Source: Eledone cirrhosa
Taxonomy: Eukaryota
Direction: 5' to 3'
DNA: 64,000 bases
NCBI GenBank assembly: GCA_964016885.1
Contig: OZ024746.1
Coordinates: forward strand, 70,804,001 to 70,868,000
Positions 10,896 to 24,587 of the stretch are shown piece by piece (position 1 is the first letter of the stretch; each line of letters begins with the position of its first letter). Both the position numbers and the translations under genes were made by a program. A model generated the notes under the pieces. That model worked only from the letters and a program-made list of their open reading frames with translations. It was not told the origin of the DNA and did not search any database.

Positions 10896-12479
10896 CATAT
10901 CAATTCAACATCCTCTATGATTCCTGCATGTGTGCAGTGTACTACGTTAGTTTTCCTTTGTTACAGTACTTAACTTGTTGTTTCGGGTGTTATTTCAATG
11001 TTTGATCTGTTTTCTTGGGTATGTGTGTGTGTATGGTGTGAGTTGTGTTATTTTGTTGGTTGGTGAAGAATATATTCTGTATGTTTTATAATCAGTGTTA
11101 TGCGTCTCAGTGTTGCGTGTGTAGTGAGTTACTGGTTATATAAAAGTATGTTGTGTTATTTTATGGGATATTAATCCTATAGAGAATATGTTGTGTAAGT
11201 TATATTTGCTTCTTATAATACACTGAATGTGTTGTTTTATTTTATTAGCTCCTTATTGTATAGAGTATGTGTTATATTAGTTGTGTTATTTTATTAGCTG
11301 CCTATTGTATAGAGTATGTGTTATGTGTAGAGATTGCTCTGAATTGTGCTATTGAATTGATAATGTCTTGTAGCTTTCACAGGATTCGGGCTGTTTGTAG
11401 CATTTTGAGCCCTGGTATAGCTTGTATGTTTTATCTTTTTTTCAGTTTTGTTTTATCATATCTTGTGCTCCTATTATTATTAGCACTGTTTTTACTGTCA
11501 TGCTTCATATCTTATTTATTTCGCTTTCAAGATCTTTGTTTTCTGACAGATGATTGTGGCTAGATCATTATCATATACCTTGTCTAATAAATCTTTATTC
11601 CATTTCTTGTCTGTTTTTACATCAAAGTGTTGGCATATTGGCCAGTGGCCTTTGCTACCAACTCCTCAGTCATTTGTGTATATATTCAAACATGGCAAGA
11701 ACTAGGTAGCTGGAGATGATATGGTCAACCCTCTCATTAAACTGGTTGCCCAGTTTGCACCTCACATGCACTAACACACCACATATATGAAGTGACACAC
11801 CCCGCATGTAAAGATATAACCCTCATGTAGTGACTGACCATGAATACACTGAAACCCCCCCCCCCCCCTCACATTCAATAACTCACCCCACATGCAATAA
11901 CAACCCTCCGCATGCAATAACAACCCCCCACATGCAATAACAACCCCCCACATGCAATAACACACTCCACATGCATTAACACATACACACACACTCTCTC
12001 TCAAACGTTAATAGTTGAGTGAGCTGTTAGTTGGTTTCTCAATTTGGAAGAATTAATGATTTAAAAGGTGCAGAGTTGCTTGTTAGAGAGAGAGAGAGAG
12101 AGAGAGAGAGTGTGTGTTGTGGAAGGAGACAGCATGTTTATGGGTCTTCATATAAGAGTTCTTACTCTAGTTATTATGCTTTCGGAATATCCACCTTCAC
12201 TGTTAATTAGGTTACTCAAAGTAACCTATCAACAACTTGTTGGGAGTCTTCTGAACATAAAAAAAATTATCTGTTTCATTTGTACTCTTACTGCTGACTG
12301 TTCCTATACATCTGTTACATATGAAGTCTACATCCTCTCCCAGCTTCTCTGGGATCTCCTTACATTTCTTGTGCATTATTATGGAATTTTTACCTATTCT
12401 TTTTTCTATATATTGAGCATGGCCATTTTCTTGACAGCAGCAGTGTTCTATCTTCTTTCCTACTCACCAAAAGTTTAGT

Positions 12480-12950
12480 CTTTGCTAATTTTACTTTGCA
12501 GCCTCTCAATTCAAGGTTTTGCTTCCATGTCTGGTATCTTCTCTAAATCGTCTTTAGATTCAGCCATAAGATCTCAGTTATCAGCATACAAGAACTCCCA
12601 CATGCAGTTTTAAACTCCTCTATTATGGCTTGAAGGAGTAAAATAAACTGAAGGGGGTTGTATGCTAAATTTGTCACTAAGCTCATTATAACTCTCAACT
12701 TGGTGACTGCCTTTTTTTACATAGCTTTCATGGTCCTCACAAGCCATTCATGTACACCTAGTTTCCTTAGTGACTACTTGACTATAGAATGAGAAACCTG
12801 GTCAAAGGCCTTCTTCTAGTCAACAAATGCTACATAGAGTGGCTTACTCCAAGCTAAGTACTTCTCCTGCAGTTGTATCACTAGGAAGAGAAGATTGGTA
12901 GTACCTTTTCCTTGCAGAAAAACCAAACTGCAGCTATTCTACGCTTATTC
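12480..12950 (-). pseudogene. Old degenerate RTE reverse-transcriptase fragment
   Basis: Minus-strand remnants of LQEKYLA..KPLYVAFVD.KKAFD and LQAIIEEFKT..LYAD. Confidence 0.75.
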
Positions 12951-12955
12951 TCTTC

Positions 12956-13616
12956 TTAACCCTTTTAATGCCAAACTAGCTGAACACGATACAAAACTCT
13001 TTGTTTTAAAGTGTTTATATTTATCTAAAATCCTTCCATTATAATTTTATGTATGAACCTTTAAGTTATGCTCCATACACCAACTTAATAATGATAATGT
13101 TATTATTATCTTGATTATAAGGGTGGTGGATTGGCAGAATTGTTAGAGCATTGGATGAGTTTCTTTGTCGTATTCTAGCTTTTTATGTTCTGGGTTCAAA
13201 TTTTGTCAAGGTCAACTTTGCCTTTCTTCCATCCATGGTTAACACAAAAAATACCAAACAATATAATCAACTGGACTGATATAATCAACTTTCCCTTCCT
13301 ATGTTAGAAGCCATTATTTAAGGGCAGTGGATTGACAGTATCGATAGATCATTGGATAAAATGCTTTACATCATTTAGTTAAGTCTTTCTACATTCTGAG
13401 TTCAAATCCAACCGAGGCTGACGAAGTACCAATTAAATAATGGTGTTGATAATGATGAGTACCAGTTAAATATTTGGGTTGATATAATTGATTTTCCCTT
13501 CCCCCAAATTGCTGGCCTTTTGTCAATGTTAGAAAGAATTATTATCTTTATGTTCAAAACTATTTGTAAATCATAGGCAGTGTTTTTCATTAGAAATATG
13601 GTAATGAAAGGGTTAA
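12956..13616. mobile_element. TTAA-flanked (piggyBac-type) MITE containing nested SINE copies
   Basis: Left end TTAA-CCCTTTTAATGCCA; right end TGGTAATGAAAGGG-TTAA; SINE copies at ~13120-13545 inside. Confidence 0.7.
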
Positions 13617-14114
13617 TTATCTGTGCTGTAATGTCATCAGTAACTTTCATAACCTGGACCATCAATTTGATACCCTTGTATTTGTTACTTTCTAGAGTAT
13701 TTCTTTTATTTAAATATATAGAAGTATTTTAAGGCCATTTTCTTTGCTAAAGCAGGGTTTGTTAGCCTTGCGGGTCTCATGATATGCGTCACACTCATCA
13801 AGAAGGAAAAGCCCAATCCTTAACTTAGAACAAGGAAACAATGTTTCCATTGATCTTTCCATTACTGATACTAACTGTCCGTTGTAACACCTGGCTGAAG
13901 TGTCGCCACTTTTCTTGTGATAGGAGGCAGAATTTGTACTCAGAATGTACAGAGCTGAAACAAATATTGCAAAGCATCCTATCTGTTATTTTAACAATTC
14001 TGCAAATCCACTGCTCCTTAACTGGTACCCTATTTATTAACCCTAAAAGGATGAAAGGTGAAGTTGACTCTAGCAAGATTTGTACTCAGAGTGCAAAGAG
14101 CCTGAACAAATATT

Positions 14115-14350
14115 GCATGTGGTCTAGCGGTAAGTGTGTTGGACTTACAATCACAATGTTATGGGTTTGATTCCTGAATTGGGTTGTGTGTTGTGTTCTT
14201 GAGCAAAACATTTCATTTCACGTTGCTCCAGTATACTCAACTGAAAATTAATACCAGCAGTAGCTGAGGATTTAAACCTGTGATAGACTGGTGTCCTGTC
14301 CAGTGGGGAGTCTTGTACTTTCAGTCACTTAATGTTACGGAAACCAGTCC
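14115..14350 (+). mobile_element. Old tRNA-derived SINE
   Basis: TGGTCTAGCGG and GGGTTTGATTCC boxes, TGTTGTGTTCTTGAGCAAAAC core, CTGTGATAGACTGGTGTCCTGTCCAG tail; a related minus-strand tail lies at ~47940-48105. Confidence 0.6.
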
Positions 14351-15239
14351 TGATGAGACTTTGAGTTTGAGACTTACTTTATCTAATCCAGTGTTCTAAT
14401 GACTTCCAATTTGTTGTCATACTGGGCTTCATACTCAACATTGGTTTTGAGGAAATGCGTTACAGGTGAATACCAATCCTAGCACCAACACTTTTAGATA
14501 TTATATATAATATATGTGGACGCAGCATGGTTGAATGGTTAAAAGGTTCCCTTTGCAATCCTTAGGTTCCAGGTTCAATCTCACTGTGTGGCATCTTGGG
14601 CAAGTCTCATTTACCATAGCCCTAGATTCATCCATGTCATGTGAGTGATAGACATACTGTTTTGAAGCCCATTGGATAGACAGTAATTCAAAGATTCAAA
14701 AGGCTAACCTTGTCACACATTGTCATTCTGAATCTTGCTGAGAATTACATTAAGGGTACATGGGACTGTGGAATGATAAGTTACTTTACACATTGATTTT
14801 ATGGGCAGTTCTATTGATTGAACAATTGGAACAGTGATCATTGAAACCAATGGAGGTTCATTAATTGATATATATATATATACATTATTTATAAAGGGAG
14901 CAGTTCTTTTAATGGGCTTCCACACAGTTTCTTTCTAGATACCAAATTTTGATGAACCAAAGTTATGGCAGAAGACACCCAAGGTTCTCATTATGGACTA
15001 CCATCCAGTATTTAATAATTTGTCCATCTAATGTTCACATACACTTCTGAATAAATTACCTAGGTAACAAAATTTATCAATTACATCTAGTACGCCTCCT
15101 AAATATTTGAAAATATTCTTTTTATAGGTGTTCTTGCAGCTAACTACTCTTGTGCATATCCTGCATATGAAATCCTTCTTGGTCAGTCTTTTGTGTACTC
15201 ATAGTTTACATTGGGTACAATACAGAATTGCTTGTGGAC

Positions 15240-15400
15240 ACAGGCATGGTTGAGTGGTTAAGAAGTTCACTTCACATCATAAGGTCTAGGGTTCAATCCC
15301 ACTTTGTATCTTGGACAAGTGTTTTTACTATAGCCTTGGGCCGACCCAAACCTTGTCATTAAAATTGGGTAGATGGAAACTGTTTGGAAACCTGATGGAT
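15240..15400 (+). mobile_element. Old tRNA-derived SINE; related copies at ~14520-14675, 45180-45345 and 42655-42790 (-)
   Basis: TGGTTGAGTGGTTAAG and GGGTTCAATCCC boxes, then CTTGGACAAGTG...ACTATAGCC. Confidence 0.6.
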
Positions 15401-15956
15401 GGTTTGTACATGTAATTTAAATGTCCAGCTTTGTCACATATTGAAATGAGACAAAAATGAAATTTACAGCTCACACCTATGCAGGTTTAGCTAGCCTATT
15501 ATGAGAATGCATCTCATGTGAGTTTTTGTGGGTGTTTTAATGATTGGAGTTCAAATCCTATCATTTTGCACAAATATGTGCTGCCCAGTCCATTAATCAA
15601 ATCCTTCACCTTATGATGATGAGTCCAACACCCTAACCCTTAGACCACATACCTTCACTGTGGAACTGGTGTTAATTTATGAGTTGGACATTCAGTTGAT
15701 TGAATCACTGAATGCTCATTGTTGAAACTGATGGGAAATCTCTCATCATGGAATTTCTCCCTACTACATTTCTGAATATTGAGCATAGCCACTTCCTAGA
15801 TAGCACTGGATTTCTCTATTCTTTCTTGATAAATGTTTTTGCCTATACTATGTATATAACCCATGCTAGCGTGGAAAATGGATGTTAAACGAAGATGATG
15901 ATTTTTGTGTCTTTCAATTCCAGGCTCTTCCTACATGTTTGAAATATTTCTAGGTC

Positions 15957-16352
15957 GTAACCTTTTGATACCAAACTGCCTGAAACCACATCTGGTTCTA
16001 TGATACAAAGCTGTTTGTTTTAAAGTGTTATTTATTTTAAAAACTTTAAAAAAAGTTTCCATTAAATTAGATTAATAATGAGAAAGTTAGCTATATCACT
16101 AAATCCTTCCAAATTATTTTCAAAATGATTTGAAAATCACAGGGTGTGTTTTTCATTTGAAATAATGTATATTATTGATTCAAAACCTTCCATTATAATT
16201 TTATCTAAGAACCTTTGTGAAGTTGAGTTCAAAACACCCGTTTAATAAGAAAGTTAATTACATTACTAAATCACCTCAAATTTTTGATTATTTTCAAAAT
16301 GATTTGAAAATCATAGTGTCTTTCACTAGAAATATGGTAAAGAAAAGGTTAA
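15957..16352. mobile_element. TTAA-family MITE copy; others at 16482-16737, 23348-23508 and 63482-63728
   Basis: Shared termini CCTTTTGATACCAAAC..CCTGAAACC and TAGAAATATGGTAA.GAAA.GGTTAA. Confidence 0.7.
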
Positions 16353-17476
16353 ACTCCTCTGTTATGGCCTGGAGAATTATATCAATCTGGGGAGAAGTGA
16401 AAAACCAAACCCTGATGGACACTTAACTGCTCATTAACTTATACTAAGCCTTATTCTGCTGACAGCACACTTGTACATTACTAAACCCTTCGTTACCATG
16501 TTTCTAATGATAGAGACTGTTTATGAATTTCCAATTAGGTTTTAAAATAAGAATTTGGAGGAATTTAGTAATATAACCAGCCTTCCTTCTCATTATTAAC
16601 CTATTGTATGGAACATGATTTAAATGTTCTTACATAAAATTATGATGTAAGATTTTTAGATAAAAATAATCACTTTAAAATAAATAGCTTTGTATTGTGG
16701 AAACAATTCAAAAACGGTTTAATTGCTAAAGGATTAATGGCAACCATATTACAGAGCATGGTAATGTGTTGAAAGCCTCTCCACATCAACTTCCTTCTTC
16801 CATTATTTGTTCATCCTGGTCTGTCTCTTGGCTGGTATGGCTCTATCTATTGTACAAGTCCATCTCATGTTACCCCTTGCCTGCCTGGAACATTACTGCA
16901 TCCACAGCCCTGATCTTTGCATGTTATATATATGTCTATTGATTTATATGTTGCTCCAGTATGGCCAGAGCCCATGAGCTAGAACACATCATTCATCATC
17001 ATCATTTAACATCCATTTTCCACGCTAGCATGAAGAGTGTATATCAATTATGGGCCAACTGCAGCTCATATGGCTTTCTGAATGGCACACATAATTTCAA
17101 AATTACCTTGAATCTTTTTAGTAGTGTTGTTCACCTTATAATGAGCCATATCTCGTGCAATCTACTGTTTGAAAAAGGTTGCCCATACCTGGAATATATA
17201 ATTATCATCATCATTTCACATTTGCTTTCCATTCTGACATGGGTTAGATTGGGTGTTACAATCTGAGCTAAGGATCATGTTTCTCTTGTAATTTCTATTT
17301 TTGGTCCGGTGTCTTTCCAGTACCAACCACTTTACAGAGTGTACTGGATGCATTTTATCATAGTACCAGCAGCACTAGAGAGGATGTCCTTGTCAATACT
17401 AAAGGATCCTCTCAACTCTAAGTTGTCTATTTCTTTATGCTGGCATGGTTCGCCTCTTTTACTTATCATCTATCAT

Positions 17477-17478
<2 letters not shown>

Positions 17479-17536
<58 letters not shown>
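17479..17536. repeat. (TC)n microsatellite immediately 5' of Tx1 copy 1
   Basis: Read directly; a matching (TC)n at 23198-23234 follows the element. Confidence 0.95.
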
Positions 17537-17539
<3 letters not shown>

Positions 17540-17751
17540 ATCTCTTGGATGGACACACGTGTGAAACTTGGTGGGTAAGTTTTGCCTAAATTTCTATAGA
17601 AATTCTCAACTGTGAACCTTCATTTTTATACCAATTTGTAGAGGGACTGCCAGGTCAAATTTTGATCTGGACAGTCTCTCAAAATATTCTACGCCTTTAG
17701 GCGAAATAGTTCATAGAAATCTTTTTGGAAAAACTAACATTTAAAAAAAAA

Positions 17752-19517
17752 ATGGCTGAAGCTTCTTCACCAACATTCGAAGGAGGAAAGGGGAAGATAT
17801 GCTTACAGCTTCCCCCTACCACTGTCATAGTAGCAGATGTCAAAGACAAAGGTCAGCAAGAGGAAGGATTTTCTCCACCTGCTGACTGACAACTTGACGA
17901 TGCCATGGCAACAAACCAAAACCAAAAGTGAAACAATTAACAAAAACAACACAACCAGTGGCACCAGCAACAACAACAATGCTATGAACGAAAACAACAC
18001 CAACAACAATAACAACAACAAGAAGACCAATAACTGCAACAAGGAAGTAAACGACAAAATATCGTTTGCGCAAACCGTAAAGAAAATGGTAAGCTACACT
18101 CTGGTAGATATTTCAAATGCAAATGAGCTTTTGAATAACGCCAGACAGTACATAACTTTTGGGGAGAACGGATCATTCTCCATAAACTCTCCCCCAGATT
18201 TGCGAAGAGAAGCTGCTTTGAAAACTGTAGTTTTCAGGACAGTCTCAAACAAAACCTGAAAACTGACTCAACTTTCACAAGGCGAAATTGAGTTGGTTTT
18301 AGAAGATGCCTTGAAAGACATTGCTTTCATTCAGAAGAGTAGACTCTACGGGAGTTTATCCATTTTGATGAAAGACCAACTGACTGCACAGAAATATTCT
18401 GTGTCGCCAATTGTGTCACCATTCACCTTTTTCCCCAGTTACATGGGGAAAAGAACACAGAAAATAAAAATCAAAAGTATCACACCAAATATTGATATTT
18501 GGTGGGTACTATGTGGATTTTTAAACCTCGAAAAAGACTCAATAATATCGGTAGGTAAGTCCTCCGGCGACCTGTTCAGCAGAACTAGCCTGGAAATTCT
18601 GGTCAAAATGACACCAGAACGAATAGCTAGGATCCCAGAACGTGTGCTGCTGGATGGCTTATATACATAAACATTTCGGTTGAGAGTAGGCGGCCCTCAT
18701 GTTACCACTGCCTAAGCAGGGGTCACCTGAGAGCTTCCTGTCCTCGGCTAACTAGCCCAAAAAAGGCATTACTGCCAACACCTGCAACACTAGCAATCGC
18801 CGCCACCACCACCACCACCACAACAACAACAACATAAAAAAATAGTGACAACAAAACAAATGACAAACACAGTCCCACCCAACTCCTCCCCACCTAAAAC
18901 AACTCCAGAAACACCCACACACATAACAGTTCCCCAAAATGTACCCCTCCCCAACCTCATCATCGTCACCCAGTGACGATGAGGGAGAGCCTTTCCGACC
19001 AGTAAAAAGAATAAAGAAAAGACATAACACAAACAAAAATGCAACAAACACACAAACACCAACACAAGCGATGCAAACAGCACAAACAAAAACACCCCCT
19101 CCTGAAAACAAAACACCTACTACAAAACGTAAACACACACAAGAACCACAGACAAAAAGCAACACAACAAAAATGTTACACCTACATAAATACTAACAAT
19201 AAAACTTTAACAGACACCATATATAAAACCCTTCGGTGGAGACCGAAGGGAAAACTTTTACACACTCTTCGGAGAATCTTAATCTTAAAATGATTAGGAT
19301 TTCCATAGACACACAAACAGTTAAAAGAAAAATTTCCTAATGACGTAAGTAACCCCTGCATCAAACCCTATAACCGCGTCCTTTTGAAATATTTCCCCAC
19401 CCCCACCCCACCTGACACCCCTCCCCACCAAACATCTCCATCCCCACCCCACCAAACAACCCCTCCAACACTCCCATGGAAATTGTGCAGCCTGGTCCCC
19501 AGGAGACGAAGAGGTGA
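17752..19517 (+). pseudogene. Tx1 ORF1 (gag-like nucleic-acid-binding protein), frameshifted
   Basis: ATG at 17752; track segments 17837-18259 and 18293-18670; perfect CX2CX4HX4C knuckle CYHCLSRGHLRASC at 18700-18741; T/P/N/K-rich tail; probable stop TGA at 19515-19517. Confidence 0.72.
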
Positions 19518-19557
19518 GTGATTTCTTTTCCTCTTCTTTTAACTTTTCAGCACCAAC

Positions 19558-22500
19558 ATGGCCAATATAAGAGTTGGATGTGTGAATCTACGCGGCCTGG
19601 GGATGCCCTGGAAACAGGGCAAACTCTTAAACGACCTCAGGTCGCACAGTATGGATGTAGTAGCCATTTGCGAGTCCAGGATCCACAGCGAGCGACAACT
19701 GGCCCCCATCTTCGACGACTTTGAGATCTACGCATCTCTCTGTCAGCCGGAAGGTGGGGGTGGGGTTGCCGTTTTGCTGCGGAAACACCTGGACCTCTTA
19801 ACACAGACGGTACATCTGGACCCGGAAGGTCGATTGGTGGTCTAGACGTTGTCGGTAGTGAAGGTGGAGCCTTCAGGCTGGTGGCCGCATATGCCCCATT
19901 CGGGACACCGCGGCCAGACTTCTTCAAACGTCTAGAGACTTTTCTGGGAATGTCCCGCTCCCTGTTAGTGGGGAACTGGAATGGAATCTTAGATGCACGT
20001 TGGGACCATGTGGGAGCATGTCCCGATAGAGGGGGGGTGGGGGGTGTAACAGCCTCAAACAGTTAATCGGCCGATTTGACCTGGCCGATAGATATCGACT
20101 AGATTTTCTGACTGTGCCACTGTGGACGTGGACTAATTGTAGCGGAACATCTAGATCGTACCTAGATAGGGTTCTAGTTAGAAAGAAGGATAGGGACATG
20201 TTAAGCTGTCCACAAATGTTCATGGTTGCCTATTCAGATCACAAATTAGTGACCTGCTTAGTCAACCTTGACAAAACCCATAGACAGGGACCCGGCTATT
20301 GGAAGCTGAACTTGTTACCGACATGCAAAGCCTACAGTAGACGGATTAGCACTTTAGTTAAGCAGCACTTGACGGGGAGCCATTGTCAACAACAGATGGT
20401 GGTACTCTCTCAAGAGGGCAGTTAGATTAGACTCGATAGGTTTTAGTAAAGAATTAGTGTTAGATAGAAATAAGACCGAAAAGGAATTGGTAGATAAAGT
20501 AGAAGAGGCACTTAGGAGTGGCAACGTAGCCAGCGTACTAGCGACGAGAACGGCCTTGGACCAGTTCTTCGACGCAAAGCATGAAGGCTGCGTTGTCAGA
20601 AGCAAAATACGTGCTCTGGGAAACGAGGGAGCCAAAGCTGTCAGCTGGGCCTGAGTGACGGAGGTGAAAGTGGCAACAAGTCCACGATTCGGTCTTTGAA
20701 GGACCAAGACGGACGCGTGATACGTGCGCCGAAGCAGATGTGTGTGGCTTTTCAGCAGCACTTTGCTCAACTGTTCGGGCAGAGCGGCGTGCCGGAGGAG
20801 CTATGGATTTCAGTCCATACCTTGACGGCCTACCGCGACGGCCTACCGCGACTCTCGGACAGCGAGGCGAAGTTCTGCGAAAGGCCAATTTCGGCCGCTG
20901 AGATAGGGGACGCGCTGAGCCAATGCGGCAAACGAAACTCTCCAGGTCTCAACGATCTACCCTACGAATTTTATGTAGCAATGCCGGACTTGTTCTCCGG
21001 TCTCCTGCAACTGGCAGCAGAACGGGAGAATTCCCAGTTCTGTGACCAAGGGCGTAGTCATGTTAGTCAGGAAGGACGAAAATAAGGGGGATGACATAGG
21101 CAACTTCTGGCCCATAACTCTGCTAAACACAGAGTTAAAGATTTGGGCCAAGGTGTTGGCAAAGAGGCTGGCGCTTGTCATTGAAAACCTGGTGGGAGAA
21201 GCGCAGACATGCGCAATCCCGACTAGGTCCATACACGACAACCTCCACCTCATGCGATACATCATAGAGAGGGTAGGGTGTAAACCTGGCTTCGGTGGGG
21301 CTCTGATCAACTTGGATCTGTCTAAGGCTTTCGATAGGGTTGACCATCGTTACCTGGATGCGGTGCTCGAGGCGGCAGGCTTTGGACCTGGGTTCAGGGG
21401 CTGGATTGCTGCAATGCACAGCAGCAACATCTGCTCAAGGGTCAAGGTGAACGGCTACCTCTCGGAGCCGTTCCATATCACGCGATCCATCCGACAGGGA
21501 TGCCCTCTCTCCTCCCTTCTGTACGTATTGACTCTAGAGCCACTATTGCGGAAGTTGGAGCTATTGCAGGGCATCCCTTTGGAACCGGGACTGCGAAAAG
21601 TGGCGTTGGCCTGCGCCGACGACGTGACAGTAATGGTGTCGAGCACCTTGCAAATCGGGGAGGTCGGCACCTTACTGGAGGAATACGAAAGGTTCACAGG
21701 AGCGAAGCTGAACCTGGACAAATCTGTTGGTTTGCAACTTGGAACATGGAGAGGCAAACCGATGACGTCGTCGGACGCTGGACGGAAGGACTGGTAAAGC
21801 TGCTCGGGGTCTGGTTTGGTCTGGACCTCCAGGTGGAGAAGAACTGGAATGAGGTGACTGCCAAGGTGTTTGCGCACACCCAGAAGTGGGCCGAGCACAA
21901 ACTATCCTTGAAAGTTCGAGTGGAGGTGGCGAAACTTTTATAGCGTCCGTCATCTACTACCGCTTGACCGTCGTGCCTTGTCCAGCCAAAACGCTCACCA
22001 AAATGGAGTGCGCACTCTTCCAATTCCTTTGGAAGAAACAGGCTCCTTTGGTGAGAAGATCCATCTGCTGCCAACACCCTTCAAATGGAGGGCTGGGGAT
22101 GCCGTGGTTGACGATGCGCAAACACGCGCTCAGGCTGCGGCACCTCCACATATTCCTCACCAGACAACCGGTGTGGACCCCGTTCGTGAGGCGAGCCTTC
22201 CCACGACTCGTCTCGCTGACCGAGCTGCAGGCCTGGGTCAAGCAAAGACTGAGGAAAATGGGCGACTGGCACATCCAATGTGCTCAGGCGCTCACAGTCC
22301 TCTGGCAAACAGACCCGGCGATCAGTGGAGACTCCACTTCGACATTCTATAGAGGGTTGGTTTGCAGCAAGTGCGACAACGCGCTCGGAGAAACTCTGGG
22401 CGTAGAGGAGGCCGAACTGGCCAGTTTGTTCGGTAGGACCTTCCGCCCGGGTCCAATGGACAACTTCCAAAAGTCCCTGGCCTGGCAGTGCTACCGAGGA

Positions 22501-22982
22501 GCTCTACCAGTTCGAGATAAGCTCTACAGACACGGGCGCCCCGGCAGGGACCCTTCGAAAAAGATTTGTCCGAGATGCGTGAGTGACGAGGAAACCATTG
22601 CGCACGCATTTGTACACTGCCTGGGCGTTAGCCCCACAGGTCGGTATGTAGAACGACTATTGTCGCACGTGGGACCAATCCAGTTGCCACCGAGTCCATT
22701 GTCATGATCAAACCGCCACCCTCCTTCAAAAACGAGGGAGAGGCGGTTTTCCTATGTGTTATGGCTATGGTGAAAGAGGTTATATGGTGGACGAGGTTAA
22801 AAGGGCTGAGGTCAGACACCTTTCTCTCCGGCGAGCAACTGATTAGTTTTTTCAAATATCATTTTGGAAGAAGAATCAGGATGGAGAGAGAGGTGCTATA
22901 CTCCAGCAAATTTTATAAAAGGTGGGTGAATGTGGCAAAGATGGCCCGAGTGGTTGGGCCTTCTCTCTATATAAGCCTGTAG
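19558..22982 (+). pseudogene. Tx1 ORF2 (APE endonuclease, RT, C-terminal zinc finger), multiple frameshifts
   Basis: MANIRVGCVNLRGL, ICES, GGGVAVL, SYLDRVL, SDHKLV, DLSKAFDRV and RQGCPLS motifs. Catalytic YADD is changed to CADD (~21612). A 13-bp duplication sits at 20824-20849. Confidence 0.92.
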
Positions 22983-23197
22983 GTAGAGGAAGGGAGTACT
23001 CACTCTTGGTACTCCTGGAGATGAGGGTTGTACATTTTTTCGGGGGTGTACAACCCATGTGTAACGCCTCCCCCCCATTGGGGATTTCAATTGTTATTTG
23101 TTATTTTATTAATAGTTTTATTTTCATATACCTGTATGTAAACTCCCCATTTGTATTTGTTCCCTTCTTTTGTGCCCTTGTGGCTAATAAAGAAATT

Positions 23198-23234
<37 letters not shown>

Positions 23235-23779
23235 AGCTTCCTTTTTCTCTGTCCCTCTTTTTCACTGGCCCACTCTCCTCATCACTTTTTCTCTTCCTAT
23301 TAATCTCTCATTCTCTGTATGTCTTTATAACTATCTCTCATGATAGTTTAACCCTTTTAATATCAAACCACCTGAAACCACCCCTGGTTCTATGATACAA
23401 AACTAATCTGAAAACCTTCCATCATAATTTCATGCAAAAACTTTCGTTATGTTCCAAATACCAACTTTATAATAGGTAGCACTAGAAATACGATAATGAA
23501 AGTGTTAACACCCTTCATTCTGTGTCGCTATTTTCTCTCCACTCTATCCCTCTCTTTGTCACTGATCTCTAACTATTTCTCTCTTTGTTGCTGTTCTCTT
23601 TGTTTATCACTGCACTCGCTCTCTCATGCTCTTTACCACATAATTCTATCATCCTCATTATTTGTTGCACACACAAGAGGGAGAGGGAGCGAGATGGCTT
23701 TTATTTGTAACTCTAACCCTAACCCTCCCTCTCTAACTCTGTCTGTTGGCTTCTCTACCTGCATTTTTCTTGAACTGTC

Positions 23780-24485
23780 ACTCTGTCTGTCACTCTATCT
23801 GTCTGTCTTGATCTATCTATAAGAAAGATATCTATATATATCTATCTCTTAGTGTGTCAGTCAATTTATATCTGTCTGTCTGTCTCTCTATGAATATCTA
23901 TCTGTCTGTCTATCTATCTATATCTGTCTGTTTATATCTATCTATCAATATCTATCTATCTATCTATCCTTAGTTACGTCCCTTTACGATCTGAGGTCAA
24001 ATCCCGCCGAGGTTGACTTTGCCTTTCATCCCTTACGGGGTCGATAAAATAAAGTACCAGTAATGCTCTGGGTAATTGCTGGCCTGGTGCCAAAAGTAGA
24101 AACAATATCTATCTATCTAGCTATCTTTCTTTCTGTCTGTCTTTCTATATCTGTCTTTCTCTCTTGATCAATCTATACCTATCCATCCATCTATCTAGCT
24201 GCCTGTCTATTTATATCTATCTATCTATCTGTCTATTTATATCTATCTATCTATCTGTCTATTTATATCTATCTATCTATCTATCTATCTGTCTATTTAT
24301 AACTATCTATCTATCTATTTATATCTATCTATCTATCTATTTGTCTATTTATAACTATCTGTCTGTCTATTTATATCTATCTATCTGTCTGTCTATTTAT
24401 ATCTGTCTGTCTATCTATCTGTCTATTTATATCTATCTATCTATCTATCTATCTATTTCTATCTATCTATCTATCTATCTATTTA

Positions 24486-24524
<39 letters not shown>

Positions 24525-24587
24525 TTCTATCTATCTATCTATCTATCTATCTATTTATATCTATCTATCTATCTATCTATCTATCTA
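23780..24587. repeat. (TCTA)n/(TCTG)n microsatellite field with a SINE fragment at ~23970-24105
   Basis: Read directly from sequence. Confidence 0.92.

Larger units (their letters stand above)
17537..23196 (+). mobile_element. Tx1/L1-clade LINE copy 1, apparently full length (ORF1 + ORF2), inactivated
   Basis: ORF1 remnants with a CCHC knuckle; ORF2 from ATG 19558 to TAG 22982; AATAAA at 23186; (TC)n on both sides. The 5' boundary is inferred from the end of the TC tract. Confidence 0.88.
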
